The notes below the pieces were generated by a model. The model did not search any database and was not told the origin of the DNA. It worked only from the letters and a program-made list of their open reading frames with translations. From positions 14,079 through 78,078 of the forward strand of contig JAJEAZ010000363.1 in assembly GCA_022824105.1 (NCBI GenBank): a stretch of DNA of 64,000 nucleotides, given 5' to 3'. Position numbers and translations under genes: made by a program. This stretch comes from Alphaproteobacteria bacterium. GTDB taxonomy: Bacteria; Pseudomonadota; Alphaproteobacteria; Bin95. Of this stretch, positions 9,335 to 25,090 are shown in pieces (position 1 is the first letter of the stretch; every line of letters starts with the position of its first letter).

Positions 9335-9391
9335 CCGTATCGAGGGGGCCGTATCGGGATCGGGGGGCCGTATCGAGGCACCGTGCACGCC

Positions 9392-10810
9392 CTATCGAGG
9401 CAGCGACGACCCGCCCATCAGGAACTCGTCCACGGCGCGGGCGCATTGCCGGCCCTCGCGGATCGCCCAGACCACCAGCGACTGGCCGCGGCGCATGTCG
9501 CCCGCCGCGAACACCCTGGGATCGGAGGTGACGTAGTTTTCGGTATCGGCAAGGACGTTGCCGCGTGTGTCGAGATCGACACCGAGATCCTCGATCATGC
9601 CTTCATGGACCGGATGGACGAAACCCATCGCCAGCAGCACGAGTTCCGCCTTGAGGTCGAAATCGGTTCCCGGGATTTCCTTCAGATTTTCGTCCAGCCG
9701 GACGCCGTGAAGGGCGGTAACGGCGCCGCTGACGCCGGACAGGCGCTTGGTCGCGACGCTCCAGTCGCGCTGCGCCCCCTCCGCCTGCGACGAGGACGTG
9801 CGCAGGCGCAGCGGCCACAGGGGCCAGACGGTCTCCTTGTCCGGGCTTTCGGGCGGCATGGGCAGGATTTCCAGCTGCGTCACCGAGACCGCGCCCTGGC
9901 GGAAAGACGTCCCGATGCAGTCCGAGCCGGTATCGCCGCCGCCGATCACCACGACATGCTTGCCGCGGGCGAGAATTTCCTCGCCGTCGCCGAGGGGTTC
10001 CCCGCCGATGCGCCGGTTCTGCTGCGGCAGGAAGTCCATCGCGAATTCGACGCCGACCAGATCCCGCCCTTCGACGGGCAGGTCGCGCGCCTTCTCCGCC
10101 CCGCCGGCCAGCACGACGGCGTCATACTCCTCGACCAGTTCCCGCGCCGGTATATCGACCCCGACATGCACGCCGTTGCGGAAGGTCACGCCCTCCGCCT
10201 CCATCTGGCCGACGCGCCGGTCGATATAGTGCTTTTCCATCTTGAAATCGGGGATGCCGTAGCGGAGCAGGCCGCCCGGTTTGGCGTGCTTCTCGAACAG
10301 CGTCACGTCGTGCCCGGCGCGCGCCAGCTGCTGTGCGCAAGCCATTCCGGCGGGGCCCGACCCGACGATGGCGACGCGCCTGCCGGTCCTGGTCTCGGGA
10401 ATGTCGGGAACCACCCACCCCTCGTTCCACGCATGGTCGGCAATCGCGCATTCGATCGTCTTGATCGTCACCGGCGCGTCGCTGATGTTCAGCGTGCAGG
10501 CTTCCTCGCACGGCGCCGGGCAGATACGGCCGGTGAATTCCGGGAAGTTGTTGGTCGAGTGCAGGACTTCGATGGCTTCGCGCCACTGGTCGCGATAGAC
10601 GAGGTCGTTCCAGTCGGGGATGATGTTGTTGACCGGACAGCCGGTGTGGCAGAACGGAATGCCGCAATCCATGCAGCGCGCGCCCTGCTGCATCAGCGTA
10701 TTCTTGTCCAGCGGAACCAGGAATTCGTTGAAATGCCGGATGCGGTCGCCGACCGGCGTGTACCGCTGTTCGAGCCGGTCGATCTCGAGAAAACCCGTAA
10801 CCTTGCCCAT
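9392..10810 (-). CDS. gltD: glutamate synthase (NADPH) small subunit
   Basis: [13 protein letters not shown]-terminus, Cys-rich Fe-S region ([13 protein letters not shown]), [14 protein letters not shown] dinucleotide fold. Lies 3 nt downstream of gltB. Confidence 0.95.
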   Translation of the reverse strand: MGKVTGFLEIDRLEQRYTPVGDRIRHFNEFLVPLDKNTLMQQGARCMDCGIPFCHTGCPVNNIIPDWNDLVYRDQWREAIEVLHSTNNFPEFTGRICPAPCEEACTLNISDAPVTIKTIECAIADHAWNEGWVVPDIPETRTGRRVAIVGSGPAGMACAQQLARAGHDVTLFEKHAKPGGLLRYGIPDFKMEKHYIDRRVGQMEAEGVTFRNGVHVGVDIPARELVEEYDAVVLAGGAEKARDLPVEGRDLVGVEFAMDFLPQQNRRIGGEPLGDGEEILARGKHVVVIGGGDTGSDCIGTSFRQGAVSVTQLEILPMPPESPDKETVWPLWPLRLRTSSSQAEGAQRDWSVATKRLSGVSGAVTALHGVRLDENLKEIPGTDFDLKAELVLLAMGFVHPVHEGMIEDLGVDLDTRGNVLADTENYVTSDPRVFAAGDMRRGQSLVVWAIREGRQCARAVDEFLMGGSSLPR

Positions 10811-10813
10811 GGT

Positions 10814-15475
<4,662 letters not shown>

Positions 15476-15869
15476 GCTCCACCACACTCCCCTCCGGTCT
15501 ATGCGGTATCGGAATTGCCGGACCTGTCCGCGACCCGGAAGCGGCCGCGCGGGCGGACCTGCAAGATAGGGCGGGCGCGCCTGTCGGAACAGTCCGGCGG
15601 CCCGGCCCGGGCCTATTCAATTTGTCCCCCGGACCGCCGCGCCCTATCGCGCGCGTTCGCGTTCTCCGGCCGCTTCGCCGGACGCTCGAACCGCGGCGCG
15701 GTTTACCGGAACGGACTGCCGATCGTGCGCCCCGAAGCCGCCCAAACGCCGCCGTCTGCAAGCCGGCGCCGGATTCCCGGTGTCCGGCGGCGGTTTGCCG
15801 GCCGCGCCTCGTTTTCTTGCCATTCGAGCGGGAGAATTCAGGATAATTCGGTTTTTGCAACAGGTTGAA

Positions 15870-15946
15870 TGGTCGGAGCGGCGGGACTCGAACCCACGAC
15901 CTTCTGACCCCCAGTCAGACGCGCTACCTGGCTGCGCCACGCTCCG
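15870..15946 (-). tRNA. tRNA-Pro (anticodon GGG)
   Basis: 77 nt, cloverleaf folded by hand. Acceptor CGGAGCG/CGCTCCG; D stem GCGC/GCGC; anticodon stem TCTGA/TCAGA with loop CTGGGGG; T stem GTGGG/CCCGC with loop TTCGAGT; encoded CCA. Confidence 0.9.
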
Positions 15947-16040
15947 GCCCGACGCCGAAAATAGGACAGGGCGACCGCGGTTACAACGCGGCTTCTGCTG
16001 CACCGGGCCGCCAATCCGGCGCAGCGGAACTACGAATGAA

Positions 16041-16691
16041 CTACGGATCCGGCGGCGGGCCGCGCAGCCGGTCGCGAACCGCCTCCAAGCCCTCCACCAG
16101 GCTCGCTACCGTTGCCCGGTCCAGCGATATCCCGTCCGCAGCCGCGGTATCCGGCCTTGCAGGTTCCCGGGGAACGCGCCGGGCATCGGCCGGCAACGCC
16201 GCAGAGCCGGCCTCGCTTCCATCTTCGGCCGCGGGCGTTGCCTCGGGCCGGCGCAGCACCGGAGGATCGGCTGTCACCCGGCCCCGTTCCGGCGCCGACG
16301 CTCCGGCGGGGCTTCGGCCGCTCTCGCCGGCCTGCGCCCGTTCGACGGCCGCGGCGGTGCGGCCGGCGCCGGCCGGGGCCGCCGCCCCGCCTTCGCGCAA
16401 CAGCTTCTGGACGCCCTTGATGGTATATCCGTCGTCGTAGAGCCAGGCCCTGATTCGATGGATCAGGTCGATATCTTCGGGCCGGTAGTAGCGCCGGCCG
16501 CCGCCCCGTTTCAGCGGTTTGATTTGGCTGAACTTGGTCTCCCAGAACCGCAGGACATGCTGCGGCACTCCGACTTCGTCGGAGACTTCGCTGATGGTAC
16601 GGAAAGCCTCCGCCGATTTGGTACGGCGGCTCGACGCGCGATCCTCATGCCGGGGACCGCCGTCCGGAGGGTCGTCGTGCGCGGACGCCAT
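16041..16691 (-). CDS. MerR family transcriptional regulator
   Basis: Mer[49 protein letters not shown]. Ala/Pro-rich C-terminus. Sits directly downstream of ihfA. Confidence 0.85.
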   Translation of the reverse strand: MASAHDDPPDGGPRHEDRASSRRTKSAEAFRTISEVSDEVGVPQHVLRFWETKFSQIKPLKRGGGRRYYRPEDIDLIHRIRAWLYDDGYTIKGVQKLLREGGAAAPAGAGRTAAAVERAQAGESGRSPAGASAPERGRVTADPPVLRRPEATPAAEDGSEAGSAALPADARRVPREPARPDTAAADGISLDRATVASLVEGLEAVRDRLRGPPPDP

Positions 16692-16740
16692 GGTTGCCGT
16701 ATCCTGTCAGCGGTGCCCGGGCGCCGGTCGAACCGCGGCC

Positions 16741-17043
16741 TCAGCCGCCGTCCGTCCGGTTCAGGCGTTCCTTCAAAATGTTCGACGGCCGGAAGACCAG
16801 AACGCGCCGCGGAGAAATCGGCACTTCCTCGCCGGTTTTCGGATTGCGGCCGGTCCGCTCGCCCTTGTTGCGCAACATGAAACTGCCGAACGAAGAGACC
16901 TTCACATTCTCGCCGCCGACCAGGGCATCGCATATTTCGGTCAGCACCGATTCGACCAGTTTTGCCGAATCGTTGCGTGACAGCCCGATTTCCTCGTAGA
17001 CCGCGTCCCCGAGGTCGGCCCTCGTTATTGTCTTTGCAACCAT
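16741..17043 (-). CDS. ihfA: integration host factor subunit alpha
   Basis: 100 aa with a clear IHF-alpha/HU fold signature (ITRADL...GFGSF-like [32 protein letters not shown]). GGAGA RBS. Confidence 0.95.
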   Translation of the reverse strand: MVAKTITRADLGDAVYEEIGLSRNDSAKLVESVLTEICDALVGGENVKVSSFGSFMLRNKGERTGRNPKTGEEVPISPRRVLVFRPSNILKERLNRTDGG

Positions 17044-17211
17044 CGCCGTCTCCCCAACAGCGCATAGATGTAGCCGCCAACTCCCGAAAGCGTCAAGAAA
17101 ATCGCCGTTTCCCGTTTCGTCGGTCCCGGCGACGGCCGTGCGAACCGGCCCGGACGCGGCTACAGCCCCAATTTGCCGGCGGATTTTCTGCGCAAAAGAC
17201 CCGGCGCGCCT

Positions 17212-18543
17212 TCAGTACGGCCCCGGCACAATGGCGCTTCCGTCGAAAAACCGCTGGAGGCGAAACCGGTCGAGATCGTGGCCGGGCGGGCGGCCGCGCA
17301 CCATGTCCGCCGCGATCCGGCCGACCGCCGGCCCGATGCCGAAGCCGTGCCCGCTGAACCCCGTCGCGATCAGCAGGCCGGGGATCGCATCGGCTTCGCC
17401 GAGAATCGGCACCGCATCCGGGGTCACGTCGATCATCCCGGCCCAGGCCCCCGAAAATCCGATTTTCCCCAGCGCCGGAACCTGCCGGGGAAGCCGCTCG
17501 CGGATGCGCCGGACGGCGGCGCGCGCCGGCGCCGGATCGAGTACGCGGACCCGTTCGAAGGGCGTCTCCTCGTCCGCGTTCCAGCGCTGCGCCGTCGCCC
17601 AGGCGCCGGGATAGCCGCGGGGCGCCGCAGGCAACAGCCGAAGCTCCCGCGCCGATTGCCTGACCAGCCGGCGGAAACGCCCAAGATGGCGGAAGGACGG
17701 CGGCCCGACGAAGTGGTCGGCGAAGCCCGTTCCGACCGTATAGCCGCCATCGTCGCGCCGGCGCAGCGCGATGCCCGTCAGCGAAACATTGGGGCCGATC
17801 GCCGCCGGCGCGGGCCCGGTGCGCACGGCAGTCGCCCGAACGAGCAACTGGGGAATGGCAATACCTGCATTACCGGCAAAAAGGCCCGACCACACGCCGC
17901 CCGCCAGGACGGCGCTGCCGCACCGGACGCGCCCGCGTTCGGTGACGATGCCGGCGAGGCGGCCGCCTTCGAGGTCGAGCGCTCGCACCGCGCAATTCTC
18001 GGCGACGGTAACGCCGAGGCGCTGCGCGGCCCGGGCGAGCGCCGGGACCGCCAACCGGGGTTCGCTCCGGCCGTCGCTCGGCGTCGCCATACCGCCATAC
18101 CGGTCGCCGGCGACGCCGGGCAGCAGTTCGTCGACCTGTTTCCGGGTCAGCATCCGGGTATCGAGCTGGTGCCGGCGGGCGATCTCGCACCAGTGCTCGA
18201 AGACGGCGAGCCTTTGCCGGTCCGCGGCGACGTAAACGCAGCCCGCAGGCGTGAATGCGAGACCGGGTTCGCCGGTCTCCGCCGCAAGGCCGCGCCAGAT
18301 GCGGTTGGATTCCATCATGATCGGGAGTTCGGCCGCATCGCGGCCCTGTTGCCGCACCCAGCCCCAGTTCCGGCTGGATTGCTCCGCAGCAACCCGCCCC
18401 TTCTCGCAGAGCAGGACGGACACACCGGCGCGCGCCAGGAACCAGGCCGTGGCGGTGCCGGCAATTCCGGCGCCGATAACCGCCACATCGGCCGCTTCGG
18501 GCAGCGGATCGCAAAAGGTTGCGGGCGGCGCGGTCACGGTCAC
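17212..18543 (-). CDS. FAD-dependent oxidoreductase (DAO/DadA-like family)
   Basis: VAVIGAGIAGTATAWFLARAG FAD fold, followed by EQSSRNWGWVRQ. I start at the GTG at 18543, which is 50 nt after the fabH stop. The track ORF extends to 18702 and would overlap fabH. Confidence 0.8.
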   Translation of the reverse strand: MTVTAPPATFCDPLPEAADVAVIGAGIAGTATAWFLARAGVSVLLCEKGRVAAEQSSRNWGWVRQQGRDAAELPIMMESNRIWRGLAAETGEPGLAFTPAGCVYVAADRQRLAVFEHWCEIARRHQLDTRMLTRKQVDELLPGVAGDRYGGMATPSDGRSEPRLAVPALARAAQRLGVTVAENCAVRALDLEGGRLAGIVTERGRVRCGSAVLAGGVWSGLFAGNAGIAIPQLLVRATAVRTGPAPAAIGPNVSLTGIALRRRDDGGYTVGTGFADHFVGPPSFRHLGRFRRLVRQSARELRLLPAAPRGYPGAWATAQRWNADEETPFERVRVLDPAPARAAVRRIRERLPRQVPALGKIGFSGAWAGMIDVTPDAVPILGEADAIPGLLIATGFSGHGFGIGPAVGRIAADMVRGRPPGHDLDRFRLQRFFDGSAIVPGPY

Positions 18544-18592
18544 GGGCAAGGCCGGCCGCCGGGCGGCGGCTCGATCGGACCGGCGCCGGCGC

Positions 18593-19570
18593 CTACCAAC
18601 GGATGACGCTGGCGCCCCAGGAGAGGCCGCCGCCGATGGCTTCCAGCACCACCAGGTCGCCCTTCTTGATCCGGCCGTCCGCGACGCCCTGGTGGAGCGC
18701 AAGCGGTATAGAGGCGGCGGAGGTGTTGGCGTGCCGGTCGACTGTCAGAATCACCCTTTCGGGCTCGATGCCGAGCTTTCTCGCCGTGCCGTCGATGATC
18801 CGCTTGTTGGCCTGGTGCGGCACGAACCAGTCGACGTCGCCGGCGTCGAGATCGTTGGCGACCAGAGCCTCGCGCACCGCGTCGGCCAGCTTGTTCACGG
18901 CATGCTTGAAGACTTCCGGCCCCTGCATGCGGACATGGCCGGTGGTGCCGGTTGAAGACGGCCCGCCATCGACATAGAGCAGGTCGTAATAGCGGCCGTC
19001 GGAATGCAGATGGCTCGACAGCACGCCGGTCCGGTCGGCGCCGTTGGACGCCCGTCCCTCCAGCACGATGGCGCCGGCGCCGTCGCCGAACAGCACGCAG
19101 GTCGAGCGGTCGTTCCAGTCGAGCAGGCGCGTGAAGGTCTCGGCGCCGATCACCAGAGCCTTCGCGCACTGGCCCGCCCCCACCGCATTCGCCGCGACGC
19201 TGACGGCGTAGATGAATCCGGCGCAGACCGCCTGGACATCGAACGCCGCGCCGTTCGTCATGCCCAGCGCCGCCTGCACCTTGGTGGCGGTCGCCGGGAA
19301 GGTCGAATCCGGTGTCGTCGTCGCCAGGACGATCAGATCCAGTTCGGCGCCGTCCACGCCGGCATCGGTCAGCGCCGACCGGGCCGCCGCCAGGGCAAGG
19401 TCGGAGGTCAGTTCGCCTTCCGCTGCGACGTGGCGCTGCCGGATGCCGGTGCGCGCTTGTATCCACGCATCCGACGTTTCGACCCGCATTTCGAGGTCTG
19501 CATTGCTGACGGCGTTCGCCGGCAGATAGGCGCCGACCCCGGTGACGACGGCGTCGATCCCGCCGCTCAC
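18593..19570 (-). CDS. fabH: 3-oxoacyl-ACP synthase III
   Basis: FabH motifs (DTSDEWI-like [13 protein letters not shown], active-site AVCAGF, GDGAGA, HQAN, GGGLSWG). The GTG start at 19570 overlaps the plsX TGA (GTGA). Confidence 0.92.
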   Translation of the reverse strand: MSGGIDAVVTGVGAYLPANAVSNADLEMRVETSDAWIQARTGIRQRHVAAEGELTSDLALAAARSALTDAGVDGAELDLIVLATTTPDSTFPATATKVQAALGMTNGAAFDVQAVCAGFIYAVSVAANAVGAGQCAKALVIGAETFTRLLDWNDRSTCVLFGDGAGAIVLEGRASNGADRTGVLSSHLHSDGRYYDLLYVDGGPSSTGTTGHVRMQGPEVFKHAVNKLADAVREALVANDLDAGDVDWFVPHQANKRIIDGTARKLGIEPERVILTVDRHANTSAASIPLALHQGVADGRIKKGDLVVLEAIGGGLSWGASVIRW

Positions 19571-20652
19571 GACGGCGACACCGGCTGGGCGCTGAGGCCG
19601 ATCGCGGGGCCTTGGGCGGGTCTCGGACGTTCGCCTTCTTCGCCGGCGGGCAGCGCATGGAATTCCCGGACCATTTTCTCGATGAAACCGTTGCGAATCA
19701 TGTCCCGGGCCACGCCGACCCCGGTCGCGAAGCCCAGCGCGTCCGATCCGCCGTGGCATTTCACCACGATGCCGTTGAGGCCGAGGAAGGTCGCACCGTT
19801 GTACCGCCGCGGATCGACCCGGGCGCGCAGCTTGATCAGGGCGCGTCGGGCGAACAGGTATCCGACTGCGGCGAGCAGCGAACTCTTGAACGTCCGGCGG
19901 ACGAATTCGTTGACCAGCTTGGCCGTGCCCTCGGCGGATTTCAGCGCCACGTTGCCGGTAAATCCGTCGGCAACCACCACATCGACCGTTCCGGCGGCGA
20001 TGTCGTCGCCCTCCACGAAGCCGCTGTAGGCGAGGCCGCTCTCCTTCAGGATGGCATGGGCCTCGCGCAATTCCTCATGTCCCTTCACCTCTTCCGAACC
20101 GACATTGAGCAGCCCCACCGTCGGGCGCAGCGAACCGAGGACGGTGCGCGCGAAGGTTTCGCCCATTGTAGCGAACTGGACCAGGTTATCGGCGGAACAT
20201 TCGATGTTGGCGCCCAGGTCGAGCATGGCGGTCTCGCCCCGGAGCGTCGGGAAGAAGGAGGCCATGGCCGGCCGGTCGATTCCCGGCACGGTCTTCAGCA
20301 CCACCTTCGCCATCGCCATGAGCGCACCGGTGTTGCCGGCCGAGACGACACCGGCGGCCTCGCCGTCGCGAACCGCATCGATCGCCTTGCGCATGCTGGA
20401 ATTCCGGCCGCTGCGCAGCGCCGTCGCGGCCTTTTCGTCCGCCGAGACGACGCCGGGCGCGTGAATGATCGTCGACGAGCGGCGCAGGCGGATCAACCGC
20501 TTCATCATCGGCGCCAGTTTTTCTTCGTCCCCGAAAATCAGGAATTCCAGGTCAGGGTGGCGGCGCTTGGCGATGGTCGCGCCGCGCAACACGCTCCGCG
20601 GAGCGTTGTCGCCGCCCATGGCGTCCAGCGCGATGGTGATCCGACCGCTCAA
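19567..20652 (-). CDS. plsX: phosphate acyltransferase
   Basis: [15 protein letters not shown]-terminal signature and a full-length PlsX body. The only in-frame start just upstream of the signature is the TTG at 20652. The 754-aa track ORF is an artefactual extension. Confidence 0.9.
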   Translation of the reverse strand: MSGRITIALDAMGGDNAPRSVLRGATIAKRRHPDLEFLIFGDEEKLAPMMKRLIRLRRSSTIIHAPGVVSADEKAATALRSGRNSSMRKAIDAVRDGEAAGVVSAGNTGALMAMAKVVLKTVPGIDRPAMASFFPTLRGETAMLDLGANIECSADNLVQFATMGETFARTVLGSLRPTVGLLNVGSEEVKGHEELREAHAILKESGLAYSGFVEGDDIAAGTVDVVVADGFTGNVALKSAEGTAKLVNEFVRRTFKSSLLAAVGYLFARRALIKLRARVDPRRYNGATFLGLNGIVVKCHGGSDALGFATGVGVARDMIRNGFIEKMVREFHALPAGEEGERPRPAQGPAIGLSAQPVSPS

Positions 20653-20747
20653 TGTCCCGCCCGTATCGACTCCGGCCCGAAAGCGGCGCCCCGAAGGCCG
20701 GCGCTTGCCCGGTCGCTGTCTGTTAGCACAGGCGCGCCTGGAATGTC

Positions 20748-20930
20748 CTAGGCTTCTGTCGCGTCGACGACTTCCCGGTCCCCATAATAGCCGCAGGCGC
20801 CGCAGACATGATGCGGCCGCTTTAACTCGCCGCAGTTCGGACACTCGGCAACATTGGCCGCCGTGAGGCTGTCGTGCGCGCGCCGCATGTTGCGGCGCGA
20901 TTTCGAGATTTTCGATTTCGGTACTGCCAT
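20748..20930 (-). CDS. rpmF: 50S ribosomal protein L32
   Basis: [19 protein letters not shown] with a CPNCG...CGACG zinc ribbon. Start at the ATG at 20930. Confidence 0.95.
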   Translation of the reverse strand: MAVPKSKISKSRRNMRRAHDSLTAANVAECPNCGELKRPHHVCGACGYYGDREVVDATEA

Positions 20931-21062
20931 GACCCGGCTCACGAAAGACGCCCCGGAGAGTGCCGGGGCGGTGTCTGTCGAGGGCGATACTTAAATTCTC
21001 TGCACGGAGGCGGCAAGGGCCAACGGTCGCACGAACGGCCCGCGCCGAAGACCGCCGGCGGT

Positions 21063-21635
21063 TCAACCGTCGGTGTCCTCGCCTTCTGCACCGTCCGGCT
21101 CCACCGCCGGCATACCCAACCGGGCGCCCAGGCCGGCAAACGGTTTCCCCCTCCCACCGCCGGCAGCCTCCCCTTGTGCCTCGAATGCGGCAAGCACGGC
21201 GTCGGCGCCGGGCCCCCGCGGATACGCCGCCATGGAGACGGCCAGAAACTGAACGGCCAGTTCGGCAAGGTCGACCCGGCCATCCGGAGCGACTTCGTAA
21301 TCCGTCTCTTCCGCGGTGTCGTCCCCCGCGGTCGCCGGCTCCTCCTTTACGATCGCGGTCGCGAACGCCCGGTCGACGATCTCTTCCATCGTATCTCCGC
21401 TCACCACGCAGCGGCGGATCAGCCGGGCGCGGAGCCGGCCGTCGACAAGGACGCCGCGGCCGGGTTCCGCCCGCAGCGCAAAAGTCGCCGCACACGCCTC
21501 GACCGATGGCAGCTGCAGACGGCCGGCAATGGCGCGCCGGTCTTCGGCACCGGCCGAGAGACGCACCGTCGCCCCGCCGGTAGGGAGCGTCGCGATGTCT
21601 ATCCTGGCGTCTGCCCAGTGCAACGCCCGGGTCAC
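21063..21635 (-). CDS. yceD: YceD/DUF177 family protein
   Basis: DUF177-like body (RCVVSGDTMEEIVD ... acidic stretch ... DLAELAVQFLAVSM) immediately upstream of rpmF. The GTG start at 21635 overlaps the upstream TGA. Confidence 0.8.
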   Translation of the reverse strand: MTRALHWADARIDIATLPTGGATVRLSAGAEDRRAIAGRLQLPSVEACAATFALRAEPGRGVLVDGRLRARLIRRCVVSGDTMEEIVDRAFATAIVKEEPATAGDDTAEETDYEVAPDGRVDLAELAVQFLAVSMAAYPRGPGADAVLAAFEAQGEAAGGGRGKPFAGLGARLGMPAVEPDGAEGEDTDG

Positions 21636-22189
21636 GATCCCGGCTCCGGGAAGCGGAAATCCGCCGCCGCGACGGCGGGCAGGGACAGCCGGTCGAGCGT
21701 CCCCGCCGCCGCTTCGATATAGTCGGCCGCCCATGCGATATTCGCCGGCGCGGGATCGAGCGTGCCGTAAAGGTTCCGGGCCACGGCCCCTTCCAGGGCC
21801 GCGCGGTCCCGGCCGTCCAGCGCCGCGGCATAAGCGCCGCACCGCCCGTAGAAGGCGCGCGCCATCTCCTTGACCCGCCGGCCGAGCGACGGATCGTTCA
21901 CGCCGAGCTCCCGCAGATTCACGTCCAGGTCTTCGATCATAGTGTCAAAAAGATGCTGTCCGGTCGCGGCGCCGGCCGGGCCTTCGGCGGCAAGGCGGCG
22001 GCAGACCAGCACGATGTGCAGCGCGAGAAGTTCGAACCGGCCGTCCAGGGTGTCCGGCACGCCGCGCACCCGATAGAAATGTTCGTGGCGGGCCGCCGCG
22101 ACGATAGAGGCATAGAGCGCCCCGGCCGACGCCCGGTTCCGCCGCCGGTCCTTGTCGAATATCGTCGAAAAGCGATCGAGCAGAGTCAT
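21632..22189 (-). CDS. ubiquinol-cytochrome c chaperone (Cbp3-like) family protein
   Basis: 185 aa. DTLDGRFELLALHIVLVCRRL and DLDVNLRELGVNDPSLGRRVKEMARAFYGR match the family pattern. Confidence 0.75.
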   Translation of the reverse strand: MTLLDRFSTIFDKDRRRNRASAGALYASIVAAARHEHFYRVRGVPDTLDGRFELLALHIVLVCRRLAAEGPAGAATGQHLFDTMIEDLDVNLRELGVNDPSLGRRVKEMARAFYGRCGAYAAALDGRDRAALEGAVARNLYGTLDPAPANIAWAADYIEAAAGTLDRLSLPAVAAADFRFPEPGS

Positions 22190-22419
22190 GGTCTCATGTT
22201 GCAGCGCAGCCCCGGATACGGCGACGGTTCAGGCCCGCTCCGCGTGTCGGCGACCGCCGGTGCGGCGGCGGATTCGATTGACTTCCCCGGACGGCGCGGC
22301 ATATCGATTTGGATCGAATCGGGCGATATTGACAGGTATTTTTCCGGACGCGCCCGGCAAGCGATTTGGGCGAACCGGTCACGCGATCGCAGCGGCCGGT
22401 CCCGACCGGGAACGAACGG

Positions 22420-22926
22420 ATGGGCAGAATGGCAGAAATGCGCAGCAGACGGAAACGCGGAACGGCGACGCGGTGGCTACTGGCAGCCGGGCTCTGCGCG
22501 ATGACTGCGCTTGCGGCCTGCTCGCCGCGCGTCGACATTCGCGGCAACGCCGCCGAGCAGGAAGATATCGTCCGCATCCGCCAGGGGGTCACGTCCGCGA
22601 CGGAAGTACGGCGCGCCCTGGGGCCGCCGTCCACCGTGTCGGCCTTCGACAACAAGACCTGGTATTACATCAGCAAGCGGGAAGAAACGGTCGCTTTCCT
22701 GGCTCCGAAGGTCAAAACCCAGCAGGTTATCGAGCTGCAATTCGACGACAAGCTGGTAGTCAAGCGCATTCGCACCTATGGGTTGAACGACGCCCGCAAA
22801 GTGGACCGGGTCTCGCGCACCACGAAAGTGGAAGGCGACGAACCCGGCATCTTCCGCAGCATGATCGACATGATCGTCCGGCGACGCGCCGTGACCGGCC
22901 GAAGCAGAGGCAGCTACGGTCTGTAG
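22420..22926 (+). CDS. bamE: outer membrane protein assembly factor BamE (SmpA/OmlA lipoprotein)
   Basis: Lipobox LAAC after a basic and hydrophobic leader. SmpA/OmlA core (VRIRQGVTSATEVRRALGPPSTVSAFDNKTWYYI). The start could be 22366, 22420, 22429 or 22438. Confidence 0.8.
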   Translation: MGRMAEMRSRRKRGTATRWLLAAGLCAMTALAACSPRVDIRGNAAEQEDIVRIRQGVTSATEVRRALGPPSTVSAFDNKTWYYISKREETVAFLAPKVKTQQVIELQFDDKLVVKRIRTYGLNDARKVDRVSRTTKVEGDEPGIFRSMIDMIVRRRAVTGRSRGSYGL

Positions 22927-23010
22927 GGCGCATGGCGACGGCTGCATCCACCCGGGGGCATTCCTTCGCTCCAGGGTGAGCCCGGGCGGGCGCCCCGACG
23001 ATGCTCCGCC

Positions 23011-24363
23011 ATGAACCGTTCGTCCGCTCCTCCCCCCATCCATATCGTCGGCGGCGGGCTGGCAGGTTGCGAAGCGGCGTGGCAGGCGGCGCGGGCCGGT
23101 GCACCGGCAATCCTGCACGAGATGCGGCCCGTACGCGGTACGGATGCCCACGAGACGGACACGCTTGCCGAACTGGTCTGCTCCAATTCCTTCCGGTCCG
23201 ACGATGCCGAGGCCAACGCAGTCGGCGTCTTGCACGAGGAGATGCGCCGCTGCGGCTCGCTGATCCTCGCCGCGGCGGACGCCCACAAGGTACCTGCGGG
23301 CGGCGCGCTCGCGGTCGACCGAAACGGATTTGCGGCAGCGGTCCAGGACAGGCTCGCAGCACACCCGCTGGTCGAAATCCGGCGCGAGGAGGTCGCGAAC
23401 CTGCCGCCGCCCGCCTGGGACAAGGTCGTCGTCGCGACCGGCCCGTTGACCTCGCCGGCGCTCGCGCAGGCGATCCTGGATTTGACCGGCGAGGAATCGC
23501 TCGCCTTCTTCGACGCCATCGCACCGATTGTCCACGCGGAGTCGATCGACGAGACCGTCGCCTGGCGCCAGTCGCGCTACGACAAGCCGGGTCCGGGCGG
23601 AGACACCCGTGCCTATATCAACTGTCCGCTGGACGAAGCGCAGTATAACGGCTTCATCGACGCCTTGATCGCCGGCGAAAAGACGGCGTTCAAGGACTGG
23701 GAGAAGGACACGCCCTACTTCGAGGGCTGCCTGCCGATCGAGGTCATGGCCGAGCGCGGCCGGGAGACCCTGCGCTTCGGCCCGATGAAACCGGTCGGCC
23801 TGACCGACCCGCGCACCGGGCGGCGCGCCCACGCCGTGGTCCAGCTGCGCCAGGACAATGCGCTCGGCACCCTGTTCAACATGGTCGGCTTCCAGACGAA
23901 GCTGAAACACGGCGCCCAGACGGAAATATTCCGGACGATTCCGGGGCTGGAAAAGGCGCGTTTCGCCCGGCTCGGCGGCATTCACCGCAACACCTTCCTG
24001 AACAGCCCCAGACTGCTGGATGTGCAACTGCGCCTGAAGGCCGATCCCCGGCTGCGCTTCGCCGGCCAGATCACCGGCGTCGAAGGGTATGTCGAAAGCG
24101 CGGCGATCGGCCTGCTGGCCGGCCGGATGGCAGCGGCCGAGCGGCTGGGCGCCGCCTTCGCACCGCCGCCGCCGACCACGGCGATGGGCGCCCTGCTGCA
24201 TCACATCACCGGCGGCGCTGCGGCCGAAAGCTTCCAGCCGATGAATGTCAACTTCGGCCTGATGCCGGCGCTCGAAGCCGGTGGCAGAAAGCTGAAGGGC
24301 CGGATGCGCAAGCAGGCGATGGCCCGGCGCGCGCTTGCCGATGTCGACCGTTGGTTGCCGTGA
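23011..24363 (+). CDS. trmFO: methylenetetrahydrofolate--tRNA-(uracil-5-)-methyltransferase
   Basis: [19 protein letters not shown] fold, [12 protein letters not shown], and full-length Gid/TrmFO similarity by eye. Confidence 0.93.
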   Translation: MNRSSAPPPIHIVGGGLAGCEAAWQAARAGAPAILHEMRPVRGTDAHETDTLAELVCSNSFRSDDAEANAVGVLHEEMRRCGSLILAAADAHKVPAGGALAVDRNGFAAAVQDRLAAHPLVEIRREEVANLPPPAWDKVVVATGPLTSPALAQAILDLTGEESLAFFDAIAPIVHAESIDETVAWRQSRYDKPGPGGDTRAYINCPLDEAQYNGFIDALIAGEKTAFKDWEKDTPYFEGCLPIEVMAERGRETLRFGPMKPVGLTDPRTGRRAHAVVQLRQDNALGTLFNMVGFQTKLKHGAQTEIFRTIPGLEKARFARLGGIHRNTFLNSPRLLDVQLRLKADPRLRFAGQITGVEGYVESAAIGLLAGRMAAAERLGAAFAPPPPTTAMGALLHHITGGAAAESFQPMNVNFGLMPALEAGGRKLKGRMRKQAMARRALADVDRWLP

Positions 24364-24446
24364 AACGCCGCCCGCCTTCGACAGGGAAACGGCAGCGGGT
24401 CCGGTCCGCGACGGCGGCCTGCACGACGCAATAGACGGACAATCGC

Positions 24447-24947
24447 TCACTTGCCGCCGTCGGCGCCCCTGCGGCAGTCGGTTTCGTCGGCGTTGTTCGA
24501 GATGCGGGCGAGCCAGGCGTTGAGGGTCCGCACGTCTTCGGTGCTGAAGCCGTCGAGCAGACGATCGATCTCGGCGACGACGACGGATTTGAGTTCCTCC
24601 ATCCTGAGCCGCCCTTCCGGCGATAGGCTGACCCGCGTGATGCGCCGGTCTTCGGGATCGCTTTCGCGCCGGACCAGACCGTCCCGCTCCATGCGTCCGA
24701 CCGCCCGCCCGACGGCCGAACTCTCCACGAAGGTCGCCGTCGCAAGGTCGCCGATGGAGAGCGCGCCCCGTTCCGAAAGCGTAATCAGGACCCGCCACTG
24801 GGTCTGGGAGAATCGGGTGGCGCCGAGCGCAGCGTCGATGCCCCGCGTCGCCTTCGAAATGACCCGCGCCATCAGGTAGAACGGGCTGTGCTCCAGCCGG
24901 AACGGCAGGCCGCGGATTGTCTCTCCGCCCGGGCCGCCGCGGGTCAC
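24447..24947 (-). CDS. MarR family transcriptional regulator
   Basis: Winged-helix core WRVLITLSERGALSIGDLATATFVESSAVGRAVGRMERDGLVRRESDPEDRRITRVSLSPEG. GTG start at 24947 chosen. The ATG at 25103 would overlap the divergent gene, and the ATG at 24872 would truncate helix 1. Confidence 0.8.
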   Translation of the reverse strand: MTRGGPGGETIRGLPFRLEHSPFYLMARVISKATRGIDAALGATRFSQTQWRVLITLSERGALSIGDLATATFVESSAVGRAVGRMERDGLVRRESDPEDRRITRVSLSPEGRLRMEELKSVVVAEIDRLLDGFSTEDVRTLNAWLARISNNADETDCRRGADGGK

Positions 24948-25090
24948 GGCCCGACGGCTCCGGCCCGGTACAGCGGCTTTCGGCGCACCGGCCTTCGGTG
25001 GACCGCCACGCGCGTGCGTTTCCTTTCTTGGCGGATTATCTGCATCGGCATATGTTCGCAAAGGACCGTCGGAAAACTCGGGGAAACGGT

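Noticed and set aside
19567-21831. 754-aa ORF that would extend PlsX upstream across rpmF and yceD.
   Set aside because: PlsX homology begins at [11 protein letters not shown]. The upstream part is an R/G/P-rich read-through overlapping the real rpmF and yceD genes in other frames.
22477-24798. 773-aa minus-strand ORF opposite bamE, trmFO and marR.
   Set aside because: It is antisense to well-supported genes and has no recognisable domain.
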